A stretch of DNA of 64,000 nt from an uncultured Alphaproteobacteria bacterium (GCA_902523865.1 CABZBG010000004.1:11979-75978); one strand, 5' to 3'; positions 11,560 to 21,916 are shown, counted from the first letter of the stretch. Numbers and translations are program-made. The notes: generated by a model not told the origin, from the letters alone.

Positions 11560-12413
11560 TTTTAATTTTAGGTGGTAATAGTCAGTTAGCAAATTACTTA
11601 AGCATAAAGATAAAAAAATCTATAAAGGTAAGTAGAAGAGAGTGTGACATAACTAAATCAAACGATGTAAAAAAAATTTTTAATAAATATAAACCAAAGT
11701 ATGTATTCAACTGTGCTGCCTATCATAATACAATTTTATGTGAAAGATTTTTAAAAAAAAGTTTTATGATAAATTCTTTTGCACTAAAAAATTTATCTAA
11801 GTATGCAAATATTTATAATTCTAAATTAATCCATTTCAGCACAGATTATGTCTTCGATGGAAAAAAAAATACGCCATATGTCGAAACTGATTACCCAAGA
11901 CCACTAAACATTTATGGGCAATCAAAATTACTGGGTGAAAACTTTATTGAGCAATATGCGAAAAAATATTTGATTTATCGTTTATCATCTATTTATAGCC
12001 ACTACCCATGTAGACATAAAAAGGGTTTAAATTTCATAGAAAAAATATTGGAATTATCGAAAAAATCAAATGAACTAAACATTAATGATCTAGAGATTTC
12101 ACCAACTTATGTTGGAGATATTGTTGATCAAGTTCAAAAAACTTTCAAAATTATTGAAAATCAAATCGTTCATTGTACTTCTCTTGGTAGTACAACATGG
12201 TATAAATTTGCTATATCTATTCTAAAAGCAAACAACGTCTCAATAAAAGTCAATAAGGTTAAAAGTTTTGATAAAGATTTAATAACACGTCCTAAATATT
12301 CTGTTCTTAGAAATAGCTATTTATTAAGAAATAAACTAAACGTGATGCCAAGATGGGAAGATAGTTACAGTAACTATATCAAAGATCAAGATCTGAGGAA
12401 AACCAATCTTTAA
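11556..12413 (+). CDS. rmlD: dTDP-4-dehydrorhamnose reductase-like (RmlD family)
   Basis: NCAAY, HFSTDYVFDG, YGQSKLLGE, SPTY, RPKYSVL. Confidence 0.85.
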   Translation: MILILGGNSQLANYLSIKIKKSIKVSRRECDITKSNDVKKIFNKYKPKYVFNCAAYHNTILCERFLKKSFMINSFALKNLSKYANIYNSKLIHFSTDYVFDGKKNTPYVETDYPRPLNIYGQSKLLGENFIEQYAKKYLIYRLSSIYSHYPCRHKKGLNFIEKILELSKKSNELNINDLEISPTYVGDIVDQVQKTFKIIENQIVHCTSLGSTTWYKFAISILKANNVSIKVNKVKSFDKDLITRPKYSVLRNSYLLRNKLNVMPRWEDSYSNYIKDQDLRKTNL

Positions 12414-12930
12414 CACTCATCGCATTCATATCTTTTTCAGAGAGGTTATAGTCATCATGGTAAGGGTGATCTAGATCTTGATCAAAAAATTTAATAGCAT
12501 ACTCACCGTCTTTGTTATATTTCGATGAACAAAGATACTCTATTAAGGTATCATTTTCTAATGAAATGAAACCCCTAGCGAAGTAATAAGGGGCCCATAC
12601 AAATGTATTTGAGTCTTTATTTACTTCAAAATAATGTATCTTTTTAATTTCAGAATTTGTTTTTCTACAATCAAAAGCAAATAAAATTGCCTTTCCTTTG
12701 ACTAACCTCATCATTTTACCCATAGGAGGATCAATTTGCAAATGCAACCCTCTGGCTACATTTTTATTAGTCATTGAGAAGTTAATTTGTTCTATTTTAA
12801 AATCATCTAAATACTCATGCACTATATCTTTAACGTAAATTTCAGAAAAATATCCTCTATTATCTTCAAAACGATCGTAATTAAAAATTTTAACTTCGCC
12901 AAATTCTTTTTGAAATTTAAAGTTAGTCAC
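12379..12930 (-). CDS. rmlC: dTDP-4-dehydrorhamnose 3,5-epimerase-like (RmlC cupin)
   Basis: DNRGYFSE, QINFS...ARGLHLQ, FARGF. GTG start; overlaps the rmlD 3' end convergently. Confidence 0.82.
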   Translation of the reverse strand: MTNFKFQKEFGEVKIFNYDRFEDNRGYFSEIYVKDIVHEYLDDFKIEQINFSMTNKNVARGLHLQIDPPMGKMMRLVKGKAILFAFDCRKTNSEIKKIHYFEVNKDSNTFVWAPYYFARGFISLENDTLIEYLCSSKYNKDGEYAIKFFDQDLDHPYHDDYNLSEKDMNAMSVKDWFSSDLDL

Positions 12931-12964
12931 TTCATTATTTTAGCCTAAAAATTTTAAATTTAAA

Positions 12965-13768
12965 TCATATTTGAATATTTAATTTTTCCAGAAATTTTAA
13001 GTAATCGAATGGCCCATGTAGTGCCATAGGTAATTTGTATTTATTCATTTTAAAAAAAAATTCAGGATTTCCATCAAAACAAAAACTATTTGCTTGATCA
13101 ATTGTTGGCAAAGAGTATTTTTTATAAAATAAAGGTGCAAAATAAGTCCAAAAGCTATCCTCTTTTATATATAAATTTTTAGCAAAAAATTCTCCTTTAT
13201 AATTACCCTTTGAAAGAAATGTCTTGATATAAAGCTTTATATACCTATAAAAACCACTTTTTAAACACTCATAAATTGTTAAATAGTTAAACGGATAATC
13301 AACTTTTGATGATTCTAAAACCCTTATAAAATCATTTATTTTTCTTAAACTAAAACCACCATTACAAAAATATCTTCTTCCCCATAATTTCTTTCTACTT
13401 CGGTCAAATGGACTCTTTTTTCCTGTTGGGGCACCAATGTAACTAATATTTCCAAATATATATTCATTTAAATTATTATTTAAAACAATTACATCTAGTT
13501 GACAGATCAACATGTACTCAAAGTCTAAAAAAGATCGATAAAACTCAATACTCGTACAAAGACTGTTATATCCTTGTATATTCTCAAAAAACTTTTTTCT
13601 AAAATTTACCCTTTCAAAATTTGGAAAATTAATTTTATTCTCATCAAAAGTTACCAAAAATTTTTTTTCATTTTTAAAATGCTTTTGAATTGTTTTTAGA
13701 GATAATTTTTCGTATTCATTTAAATTAGATTTATGAAATGGCGTAACAATGCATACTTTATCATTCAT
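12965..13768 (-). CDS. DUF5672-like putative glycosyltransferase
   Basis: YNSL, CQLD, YIGAP, NGGFSLR, EDSFW, PMALHG motifs typical of this family. Confidence 0.7.
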   Translation of the reverse strand: MNDKVCIVTPFHKSNLNEYEKLSLKTIQKHFKNEKKFLVTFDENKINFPNFERVNFRKKFFENIQGYNSLCTSIEFYRSFLDFEYMLICQLDVIVLNNNLNEYIFGNISYIGAPTGKKSPFDRSRKKLWGRRYFCNGGFSLRKINDFIRVLESSKVDYPFNYLTIYECLKSGFYRYIKLYIKTFLSKGNYKGEFFAKNLYIKEDSFWTYFAPLFYKKYSLPTIDQANSFCFDGNPEFFFKMNKYKLPMALHGPFDYLKFLEKLNIQI

Positions 13769-13825
13769 ATAAATATCTTTAAAAAATGTTGTATGTGATT
13801 ATATTACACTAATTATTATGTAATG

Positions 13826-13915
13826 GGAAAGATGGCCGAGTGGTTTAAGGCGCACGCCTGGAACGCGTGTATAGGGGCAACTCTATCGTGGGTTCGAATC
13901 CCACTCTTTCCGCCA
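13826..13915 (+). tRNA. tRNA-Ser(GGA), 90 nt, long variable arm, encoded CCA
   Basis: Acceptor stem GGAAAGA/TCTTTCC followed by GCCA. D-loop GCCGAGTGGTTTAAGGC; anticodon arm CACGC-CTGGAAC-GCGTG; variable arm ATAGGG-GCAA-CTCTAT; T-loop GGTTCGAATCC. Confidence 0.98.
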
Positions 13916-13931
13916 ATATTTTGCCAAGAAA

Positions 13932-14744
13932 ATGAAAATAGCTGATAAAATTAAATACAAGATTAGAAGAATATCTGAGTATCCGCTTGCGACACTTTAT
14001 GATCAAAAAGCATTAAGGCCACCAAATCAAAAGATAACGCCTATAGTTTATCAAACATGGGTGGATAATAAATTTGGAAAAACCCATAAAAGATCATTAT
14101 TAAATTTTAGAAATATAAATAAAAATTTATCGTTTAAATTATTTACTAATCCAATGATGGAGGAGTACATGCTTCAAAAATGGGGCAAAAAAAACATTTA
14201 TTCTATTTTTAAAAATGCTCTTATCGGACCTCTCAAAACAGATATTTTTAGATATTGTATTTTATACGATCAAGGTGGCTATTATTTTGATATCAGTAGG
14301 GCTTGTAAGATACCATTAACTAAGCTTCATAATAAAACTTCTAAATTTATAATTACATATGAGGATACAAATTGTTTTATACCGCCTAACAACAAGAATG
14401 TTTTTCTTTTGAAAAGACCATTTTCTCATATACTTCAATGGGGACTAGCATTTGAGAAAAAAAATAAATTTTTAGATTTATTGATAAAAGAAATATCAAA
14501 ATCATATCCATTTTATAAAAATAAAGTATTTGAAAACCCAAAATTGGCAGTTCTTAATTTTACTGGTCCTGGTATGTACACAAAAGTTATGAGAGATTAT
14601 TTATCAAAATGTAATAAAAATGACTATAAAGAGTTAGATATCAAATTTAATGGAAATGGCATATTTAAATTGAATGGATCTCAAGTTAGATATCATAAAG
14701 TGCCAAGTTATACGTACCTAAAAAATAAAAAAATATGTCTTTAA
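13932..14744 (+). CDS. Glycosyltransferase family 32-like (Gly_transf_sug)
   Basis: [30 protein letters not shown]. Confidence 0.8.
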   Translation: MKIADKIKYKIRRISEYPLATLYDQKALRPPNQKITPIVYQTWVDNKFGKTHKRSLLNFRNINKNLSFKLFTNPMMEEYMLQKWGKKNIYSIFKNALIGPLKTDIFRYCILYDQGGYYFDISRACKIPLTKLHNKTSKFIITYEDTNCFIPPNNKNVFLLKRPFSHILQWGLAFEKKNKFLDLLIKEISKSYPFYKNKVFENPKLAVLNFTGPGMYTKVMRDYLSKCNKNDYKELDIKFNGNGIFKLNGSQVRYHKVPSYTYLKNKKICL

Positions 14745-15706
14745 TTTTCGAGAAATTTATAGAGTATTTCTTCGTATTTGCTTATCGGAAAATCGTTTAA
14801 TTCTTTGTATCCAAAATCTTTTATTTGTATTGCTTGTGAAAAACCAGGCCTTGAAAATTTTTTTTCGTTTGTAACACCAAATAATTTTAAGGTTTTTACA
14901 CCTGCAAATTCAAACATCCAAGCTGTGCCACCATCATTACATAATAAACAGGACATTTTTTTAGCTAGATTCATTGTGAAAGATATATCTGTTGAAATTA
15001 TTTCTCCCTTTTCCCATTCAGGGCAAATAAACTTATTATTTAGACATAATTCTAAAAAAGACTTTTCGTTAGGACCTAAAAAAAAATAAACATTATAATT
15101 TCGATGTCTTAATTTTTTAGCTATTTCCAAATAATTATCAAATTTCCATTGCCTAATAGAGTTTCCTGCACCAGGCGCAATAGCAATATTTTTACTCCTA
15201 CTAGATTTGATTTCAGGAATTGTATTATTAATAGGAACATTCATATCAGGTATTTCAATAATAGACTCATTTTTAATAATTGATAAAATATTAAAATAAA
15301 ATTGTTCAATATAAATATTTTTAAATTCTAAATTTTTATTATTTTTAAAATCCGAAAATAAAAAATTAGCAGAAGCACTAAAAAATTTAAGGTGAGGTAT
15401 CTTTTTTAGACTTAAAGTCCTTAATACAACTTTTTGTAAATCAATTATTAAATCAAACCTAATATTAGAGAGTCTATTACTTTTCTTCAATAGGCTAAAA
15501 ACTGAAGACTCAATTTTATTATGTTCAATAAATTCATATATAATATCTTTAACTAATGGATTTAATTTATCTTTAAGAGTTGTTGTTTGACTTGTTGTGT
15601 AATAAATTAATGAATTAGGATAAACCTCTTTTAACTTTTGAAGAAATGTTATCTTTTGTAAACCATCTCCTATTTTATCATTAAAACTATAAATAAGAAT
15701 TTTCAT
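14741..15706 (-). CDS. Glycosyltransferase family 9 (LPS heptosyltransferase-like)
   Basis: DKIGD, FDLIIDLQ, IAPGAG...RQW, LCNDGG. Confidence 0.8.
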   Translation of the reverse strand: MKILIYSFNDKIGDGLQKITFLQKLKEVYPNSLIYYTTSQTTTLKDKLNPLVKDIIYEFIEHNKIESSVFSLLKKSNRLSNIRFDLIIDLQKVVLRTLSLKKIPHLKFFSASANFLFSDFKNNKNLEFKNIYIEQFYFNILSIIKNESIIEIPDMNVPINNTIPEIKSSRSKNIAIAPGAGNSIRQWKFDNYLEIAKKLRHRNYNVYFFLGPNEKSFLELCLNNKFICPEWEKGEIISTDISFTMNLAKKMSCLLCNDGGTAWMFEFAGVKTLKLFGVTNEKKFSRPGFSQAIQIKDFGYKELNDFPISKYEEILYKFLEN

Positions 15707-16665
15707 TCTTTAAAATCTAAGTCTATTTTTGTTTTAGCTCCTAACTCTTTCATTTTATTAGCTCTACTAAGTAAACTTCCCTTACCGTCCTTAATATATT
15801 TTTTTGTTTGACTTATATTTTCTGCAGATTTAATCATGTTAGACTCAGTTTTATCAAGTAAATTTATAGCCTTTGCAATTTGATCAAACATTCCACCTGC
15901 TATTTCAGCTACTTCTTTTGAATTTTTATTTTGTTTTTCTAATCTCCAAATACTCTCAACTAATTTCATACACATAATTAAAGTTGATGGGCCAACTATA
16001 ATGACTTGTTTTTGTTGAGCATAATTTGAAATACTCTGATCATATTTTTGAGCAGTTATTAGAGCAAATTCATGAGGCATAAAAATAAATACATAGTCAG
16101 GAGAGTTGACTTTTAAAAGATTAGTATAATCTTTTTTATGAATACTATTAATATGACTTTTCACAGAATTTATAAAATTTTTAATCGAGTTAACCTTAGA
16201 TTGTTCATTATCTGTGTTTTGAAATTCATACCAATATTTCATTGGTACTTTAGAATCAATGACAATATTTCTATTTTCTGGTAAAAAAACTACAACATCT
16301 GGTCTAAATACCTGTCCATTTTCATTCTTGTCTGTAAATTGAGTTTTATAGTCTCTGTCTTTAGTCATACCACAATCTTCTAAAATATTTTCTAAAATAA
16401 TTTCACCCATTTCACCCATATCAGAAACATTTGAGGACATAGCATTAGACATCTTTTTTGTTAAGGTTCCAATCTCATCTATTTTTGAATTAACATATCC
16501 AGTTTGTTCCAGAGTTTTACTATACAAACTCTCTAAATTTTGGCTCATTTTTCTTATATCAACATCAAAACCATTATTTGATTTATTAAAAGTATTTTTA
16601 ACAGTTATTAATAAAAGTATAATAACAATTACAAGAAAAATAATTATAATGATATCTGTGTTCAT
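15703..16665 (-). CDS. rmuC: DNA recombination protein RmuC family
   Basis: N-terminal TM helix, GEIILENILE, RPDVVVFLP, IDSKVP, VGPSTL. Confidence 0.9.
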   Translation of the reverse strand: MNTDIIIIIFLVIVIILLLITVKNTFNKSNNGFDVDIRKMSQNLESLYSKTLEQTGYVNSKIDEIGTLTKKMSNAMSSNVSDMGEMGEIILENILEDCGMTKDRDYKTQFTDKNENGQVFRPDVVVFLPENRNIVIDSKVPMKYWYEFQNTDNEQSKVNSIKNFINSVKSHINSIHKKDYTNLLKVNSPDYVFIFMPHEFALITAQKYDQSISNYAQQKQVIIVGPSTLIMCMKLVESIWRLEKQNKNSKEVAEIAGGMFDQIAKAINLLDKTESNMIKSAENISQTKKYIKDGKGSLLSRANKMKELGAKTKIDLDFKE

Positions 16666-16686
16666 CTTTAAATAATTTAATAACTT

Positions 16687-17061
16687 TTAAGAATGAATCT
16701 TATTTATTCTATCAAGACTTTTTTTTAAACTATTTTTTAAATCTTCTATTTTATTATCATCAAAAAGTTTTTTTTCTAAAAAGGTATTAAAATAAATCTT
16801 CAATTCATTTGATAATTTTTCAATTTTAACAAAATCATCAGGGATCTGATCTTTAAGTTTTAAAATTTCACTATTAAATTCATTAAGAGCACTTTTAAAA
16901 TGATTGTCAGCAAACGTTTCTAATTTATTTTTAATTTTTTTATAATCAAAATTAGTATCTAATTTAGACTCTAAATCATAAATTGCTAAATTAAAATAGT
17001 CGAATATTTGATCATATAAATCATATAGCTTTGAACTATTTATTATTCTTACAATATTCAT
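16687..17061 (-). CDS. Hypothetical helical protein
   Basis: 124-codon ORF that fills the gap and is co-oriented with rmuC; no motif recognised. Confidence 0.6.
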   Translation of the reverse strand: MNIVRIINSSKLYDLYDQIFDYFNLAIYDLESKLDTNFDYKKIKNKLETFADNHFKSALNEFNSEILKLKDQIPDDFVKIEKLSNELKIYFNTFLEKKLFDDNKIEDLKNSLKKSLDRINKIHS

Positions 17062-17100
17062 TTAATCTAGATTATTACAGGAAATTTAAATTTCAAATAT

Positions 17101-17125
17101 AAAAAGCCCAGTAAAAACTGGGCTT
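17101..17125 (-). terminator. Intrinsic terminator of the DmdA-like gene
   Basis: AAGCCCAGT-AAAA-ACTGGGCTT perfect stem, followed by a U-run on the minus strand, 12 nt after the stop codon. Confidence 0.85.
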
Positions 17126-17137
17126 AAAAGGTTAATT

Positions 17138-18442
17138 TTAGTAAGCGGTATCTCTACCTTCGGATTTTGCGATCTCTCGAGCATTTGGATTAACAGACGG
17201 TCTAAAAGGTATTTCAACAATTTCCCCATCAACTGGTTGACCAGGTGTATCACAATATGCATCAGGTAAATGAAATTTGAATTTGTTTCCAATATCTTTT
17301 TTTTCATACGGCACATATCCCATAGCAATATTTGTTTCTAATTCAGGAGAGTACCAAGGAGATGTTAAGTATCCAACTGGTGTATTACCATCTTCAGAAA
17401 CTAGCCAAAAATCAGGAGCATATTCATCTATTGGTTTGCCACCTAAAGCGAAGCCAACTAACTGATTGCTGTAAGGCTTTTCTCCAGCTTCCATTTTGGC
17501 TCTCATAGCTTCTAATGCGTCTTTACCTATATAATCATCAGTTTTTTTTCTTGGAACTTGATATCCTAGGTTGCACTGAAATGGGTAAGTTTCTGAGTCA
17601 AGATCTTGACCCCAAGATAAAATTCCCGCAGCTATTCTTCTGTGGTGAGCAGGAGCGATTACTTTTAAATTATGTTTTTTACCTGCATCTAAAACTGCAT
17701 ACCACATATCATCAGCATATAGAGTTGCATTTTTGAGGTAAATCTCATAACCCTTTTCACCTGAGAATCCTGTTTGAGAAATTATACAATCTCTTTCTCC
17801 TACTTTAGCTTCCATCAAACCATAAAATGGAATATCTCTTACCGCTTCACCAACAAGATCTGCCATTAAATCAACAGACTTAGGTCCTTGAATTTGAACA
17901 GGTGCAGCATCTATTTCATCAATAGTAACATTAAATTTTTTATCATGATTAACACCTTGTAGGAAAAACATGATATCGGAGTCAGATAAAGAAAACCAAA
18001 ATTCATCCTCAGCAACTCTTAACAAGATTGGATCATTCAAAACTCCTCCCTTGCTATTACATAAAATTACATATTTACCATTCATAACTTCAATTCTTGA
18101 AGCATCTCTTGTTATTACGTAGTTTGTAAACTTTAGTGCATCAGGACCTTTGACTCTAATTTGTCTCTCTACAGCGACATTCCACATGGTTACATGATTT
18201 ACAAGTGCATCATACTCTACCATTGCACCACCATCCTCAGGCTTTACGTATCCTCTAGGATGATACATTCGGTTGTAAACAGTACATCTCCAACATCCAG
18301 CCTCTACTGATAAATGCCAATAGGCAGATTTTCTAACTCTTGTTGAAATCAACATTTGTTGTGGTGTTGGACCAGATTGTCTTAAGTTATAAGGGACTTG
18401 TCTGTCTGACTGGTCCACTGTGCTTGGTTGTGTTAGCTTCAT
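17138..18442 (-). CDS. GcvT/DmdA-family THF-dependent aminomethyltransferase/demethylase, substrate unknown
   Basis: STRVRKS, TVYNRMYHP, VTMWNVAVERQI, GGVLNDPILLR, QIQGPKS, SQTGFSGEKGYEIY, RRIAAGILSWGQD. Layout is DmdA-like with an N-terminal extension. Confidence 0.85.
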   Translation of the reverse strand: MKLTQPSTVDQSDRQVPYNLRQSGPTPQQMLISTRVRKSAYWHLSVEAGCWRCTVYNRMYHPRGYVKPEDGGAMVEYDALVNHVTMWNVAVERQIRVKGPDALKFTNYVITRDASRIEVMNGKYVILCNSKGGVLNDPILLRVAEDEFWFSLSDSDIMFFLQGVNHDKKFNVTIDEIDAAPVQIQGPKSVDLMADLVGEAVRDIPFYGLMEAKVGERDCIISQTGFSGEKGYEIYLKNATLYADDMWYAVLDAGKKHNLKVIAPAHHRRIAAGILSWGQDLDSETYPFQCNLGYQVPRKKTDDYIGKDALEAMRAKMEAGEKPYSNQLVGFALGGKPIDEYAPDFWLVSEDGNTPVGYLTSPWYSPELETNIAMGYVPYEKKDIGNKFKFHLPDAYCDTPGQPVDGEIVEIPFRPSVNPNAREIAKSEGRDTAY

Positions 18443-18446
18443 TTAT

Positions 18447-18469
18447 CCTCCAGTAAAGCTATTGTAGCA
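18447..18469 (-). promoter_or_regulatory. Extended -10 promoter (TGcTACAAT) and SD GGAGG for the DmdA-like gene
   Basis: Minus strand reads TGCTACAAT (18469-18461), then GGAGG (18451-18447) 4 nt before the ATG. Confidence 0.5.
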
Positions 18470-18520
18470 ATGGAAAAAAATTAATTTCTTTTTCTGTTGT
18501 ATGCAATCAAAATCGTATGG

Positions 18521-19402
18521 TTAAAAAATTTTTTTGTGGAGCACTATTTTACTATTATCAATTGTAAATTCTCCACTTTGGACAGCATTTAACCATAAAC
18601 AAGTTTTTTCAAATCCACCAAAAGGAAAACAGTGAAAGCTTTTTAGTGAGTTTTCACCCTGAGCAAAATTAGCTAATTCAATAAGCATATCATCATTAGA
18701 TGTTTTCGTGAGAAGATCAGTTACTTTAGAGGAGTTTTTTTTTAGGAAATTTATCGAATTTCCTACCCCACTCATTATTCCAAAGTTTAGTAAGGTCTTA
18801 AATGATGCAGGACCAGGGAAACCAACTCTTACTGGTAAATTAATATTTCTAACTTTTAAATCCTGACACCAGTCTATGAAAGGCGAGGCATTAAAAAAAA
18901 ACTGTGTAACCAACTCTATATTTAAATTTTTACTTTGAGAAAGATCATACTTTTTATTTAAAAAGTCATTAATAGTTTCTTGATTTATATCGGGAGATCC
19001 CTCAGGATGTCCAGCAACACCAATCTCAGTGAAATTGTTATCATTTAGCAAATCAGACTCTAATATTTCTAGAGAAGAGGAGATAGATCCATTTTGATTA
19101 CCTCCACCTCCTATAACCAATATTTTTTTACTATCAGTTCTTTTTCTAAGTTCTTTCAAAAAACTTGAAACGTGTTCTAGGTCTTTCATTGTCCTTGCAG
19201 GTAAATGAGTAATGGGAACTAAATTTTGATTAGAAACAAATTCAACTGTTTCTAAAATATCTTTTTCAGTAGCGTCAGGAAGATAAGTAATATAAACATT
19301 ATTTTTTTTATCTAGTGGAATTGAATCTAATTTATGTCTTACTTTTGGATTTAGTTCGACTGTAAAACCGTTTAATAAAGATACGATATTATCTTTGCTC
19401 AT
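18521..19402 (-). CDS. metF: Methylenetetrahydrofolate reductase-like flavoprotein (demethylase-associated MetF type)
   Basis: VYITYLP, THLPAR, GVAGHPEG, VTQFFF, GVGNS, HCFPFGGF. Confidence 0.8.
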   Translation of the reverse strand: MSKDNIVSLLNGFTVELNPKVRHKLDSIPLDKKNNVYITYLPDATEKDILETVEFVSNQNLVPITHLPARTMKDLEHVSSFLKELRKRTDSKKILVIGGGGNQNGSISSSLEILESDLLNDNNFTEIGVAGHPEGSPDINQETINDFLNKKYDLSQSKNLNIELVTQFFFNASPFIDWCQDLKVRNINLPVRVGFPGPASFKTLLNFGIMSGVGNSINFLKKNSSKVTDLLTKTSNDDMLIELANFAQGENSLKSFHCFPFGGFEKTCLWLNAVQSGEFTIDNSKIVLHKKIF

Positions 19403-19420
19403 AATTTTAAACTATAACAA

Positions 19421-21895
19421 TTAAGACTTTAATCTATTATTTTCTGGGTCTAACAAAGGCTCTTGAGTTACCTTTAATGGATATCTTTTTCCAAAATATT
19501 CTAATTCTAAAGCTGTCCCATTTTCTGATAACTCTGATGGGAGGTAGCCGTAAACAATATGTTTATCTACAAAATATCCATAATTAGTGCTTGTAACGTA
19601 ACCAACAGCTTTGCCGTTACTGTAAATAGGCTCTGTGCCTAAAGCCATCCCCTCAGGGTCTTCTAAAATCATACAAGTTAATTTTTTTTGAACTGGTTTT
19701 TCCTTAATTTTTTGTAAAGCAGACTTACCAATAAAGTCTTCATCTTTCTTTAACTTAACAGTAAAACCTAAACCAGACTCATAGGGATTAATATTTGTGT
19801 GAATATCTGAGCCAAGTGATCTATATCCTTTTTCTAATCTAAGAGACTCAAAGGCACCAGCTCCTGAGCAAATCATATTAAATTCTCTTGAGGTTTCTCT
19901 AAGTTCATCCCATAAAGTTAAACCATATTCTGTAGGAGTGTAAATCTCCCATCCCAACTCACCTATGTAAGATATTCTTACCGCTACGCATGGAACGTTA
20001 CTAATTGAAATTCTTTTTATACTAAAAAATGGGAAACTCTCATTTGAAACATCGTCATCATCACAAAGTTTTTGAAGAGCTAATCTAGAATTCGGACCCC
20101 ACAAACCAATACCTGCGTATGCGGAAGTCCAATCAATGATTTGAACACTTCCATCATCAGGAGCATTAAAGCGAAGCCAATTAATATCAATCATACCATT
20201 TCCTGCTCCTGCTAGAACCCAAAATTTGTTTTCTTCTAATCGACTTATAGTAAGATCACTTTTAATTCCACCATACATATTGGAGATAACGCTATAGACA
20301 ACTTTTCCAACAGGAACATCAATATTATTTGTACAGACTTTTTGAAGTAACTTTAAGGCACCTTTACCACTTACTTCAATCTTTACAAAACCAGTGATAT
20401 CAAATTGAGCACCTGTTTGTCTTGTAACTAAATGTTCTGCTGCTTGAATTGGGGACCAATATTTTGCCGCCCAACCAGTTCGATTAGGAAAGTTTTTTCC
20501 TTTCATTAAATCAGCATTAGCCTCATACCATTGCGGACGCTCCCATCCCATAGTTTCAAAAAAATAAGCTTTTTGGCCCTCTAATCTATTATAAAAAGGA
20601 CTTCTCCTAAGTGGTCTTGGTTGCTCCATTTGTTGTAAAGGATGAATGATGTCGTAAACCTCTTTGTAATTTTGTTTTCCTCGTGCTCGTAAATATTTTC
20701 TGACGTGATGGTGCTGATGAAAACGATTTATATCACCTTGACGAACGTCAAGTTCAGGTTCGCCATTGACAATCCATTCTGCCATTGCCTTTCCAACGCC
20801 GCCACTATGCGTAATCCAAACAGCATTTGCCGTCCACAAACCTTTTACTGAAGTTTCTCCCATCAAAGGATTACCATCTGTAGTAAATGAAAACATCCCA
20901 TTAATCTTTTTAGCTAATTTTTTCTCAGCAAATTTAGGAAATAGCCAATTAGACTCTTTGTGTGCCCCAGCAAAATCATCAGGTCTGAAATCTACTAAAG
21001 AGGGCATCTCCTCTGCCTCTTCAGGTTTTTTTATATCTTCAGACTCTAGAATTCTTGGCTCATGTCTGTAATTTCCAATTACATAAGAGTCATTCCATTG
21101 CCTGAAATAGAGACTGTAATCTTGGTGACGAACTAAGGCATGATCTACCAATGCTTCCTTGTGGTCAGCCTGATATTCTTTTAATTCTTCAAAAGGCTCA
21201 AGCCAAACCATTTGATGTTCACATGGTACCAGAGGTAAAGAGATATTTGCGAGTCTTCCCATTTTGGGAGCCCAAATACCTGTTGAGACTAAAACAATAT
21301 CGGCATCATAATCCCCATTTGAAGTCTGCACTCCTCGAATTTGATTATTAGAAATTTTAAAACCTTTAACAGCTGTATCACCTATAAATTCTCCAGCTTT
21401 TAAATCTGTTACATATTTTGCCATTGCTTTTACAGCTCTTACTGGTGCTGCAAGACCATCAGTGGGTACATAATATCCACCATGAATTTTTTCAGGATCA
21501 ATATAAGGACTCATTTTTAAAACTTCATCTGGCGAAATAATTTTAGCATCTTGAAGTCCATAACTATGTGCAATTCCAAGTTTTCTATATAAGTCCTCAT
21601 GCCTCTCTTTAGATTTAGAGACCTCAATTCCTCCGACAGTGTGATAACAAGGTTTTCCATCAAAAGTTAGAGATCTCAAAAGCTCAACAGTATATTGAGC
21701 AAATTTGCACATCATTCTAGATGGATTAGTTTGAAATACACCACCTGGAGCATGGCTAGTAGAACCTCCGGTTTCAAATAAAGGACCTTGATCAAGAATT
21801 AACATATCTTTCCAACCTAATTGGGCTAAATGATATGCAGTGCTCGCACCAACTATCCCACTTCCAACAATAATAATTCTAGATTTTTTTATCAT
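19421..21895 (-). CDS. Dimethylglycine oxidase/dehydrogenase (FAD domain plus GcvT-like THF domain)
   Basis: GSGIVG, GGSTSHAPGGVFQT (covalent-FAD His), RHQDYSLY, FSFTTDG, SYIGELGWEIY, SLRLEKGY. Confidence 0.88.
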   Translation of the reverse strand: MIKKSRIIIVGSGIVGASTAYHLAQLGWKDMLILDQGPLFETGGSTSHAPGGVFQTNPSRMMCKFAQYTVELLRSLTFDGKPCYHTVGGIEVSKSKERHEDLYRKLGIAHSYGLQDAKIISPDEVLKMSPYIDPEKIHGGYYVPTDGLAAPVRAVKAMAKYVTDLKAGEFIGDTAVKGFKISNNQIRGVQTSNGDYDADIVLVSTGIWAPKMGRLANISLPLVPCEHQMVWLEPFEELKEYQADHKEALVDHALVRHQDYSLYFRQWNDSYVIGNYRHEPRILESEDIKKPEEAEEMPSLVDFRPDDFAGAHKESNWLFPKFAEKKLAKKINGMFSFTTDGNPLMGETSVKGLWTANAVWITHSGGVGKAMAEWIVNGEPELDVRQGDINRFHQHHHVRKYLRARGKQNYKEVYDIIHPLQQMEQPRPLRRSPFYNRLEGQKAYFFETMGWERPQWYEANADLMKGKNFPNRTGWAAKYWSPIQAAEHLVTRQTGAQFDITGFVKIEVSGKGALKLLQKVCTNNIDVPVGKVVYSVISNMYGGIKSDLTISRLEENKFWVLAGAGNGMIDINWLRFNAPDDGSVQIIDWTSAYAGIGLWGPNSRLALQKLCDDDDVSNESFPFFSIKRISISNVPCVAVRISYIGELGWEIYTPTEYGLTLWDELRETSREFNMICSGAGAFESLRLEKGYRSLGSDIHTNINPYESGLGFTVKLKKDEDFIGKSALQKIKEKPVQKKLTCMILEDPEGMALGTEPIYSNGKAVGYVTSTNYGYFVDKHIVYGYLPSELSENGTALELEYFGKRYPLKVTQEPLLDPENNRLKS

Positions 21896-21916
21896 CTTTA
21901 TCCTTAGTGCTTATCT

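Noticed and set aside
13826-17100. Prophage or integrative element at tRNA-Ser
   Set aside because: No integrase, phage gene or repeated tRNA 3' end (att site) was seen in the window.
17138-18442. Calling this gene dmdA or gcvT
   Set aside because: No gcvH or gcvP nearby. It is longer than DmdA with a distinct N-terminal extension, and its context is DMG/sarcosine rather than DMSP genes. Left at family level.
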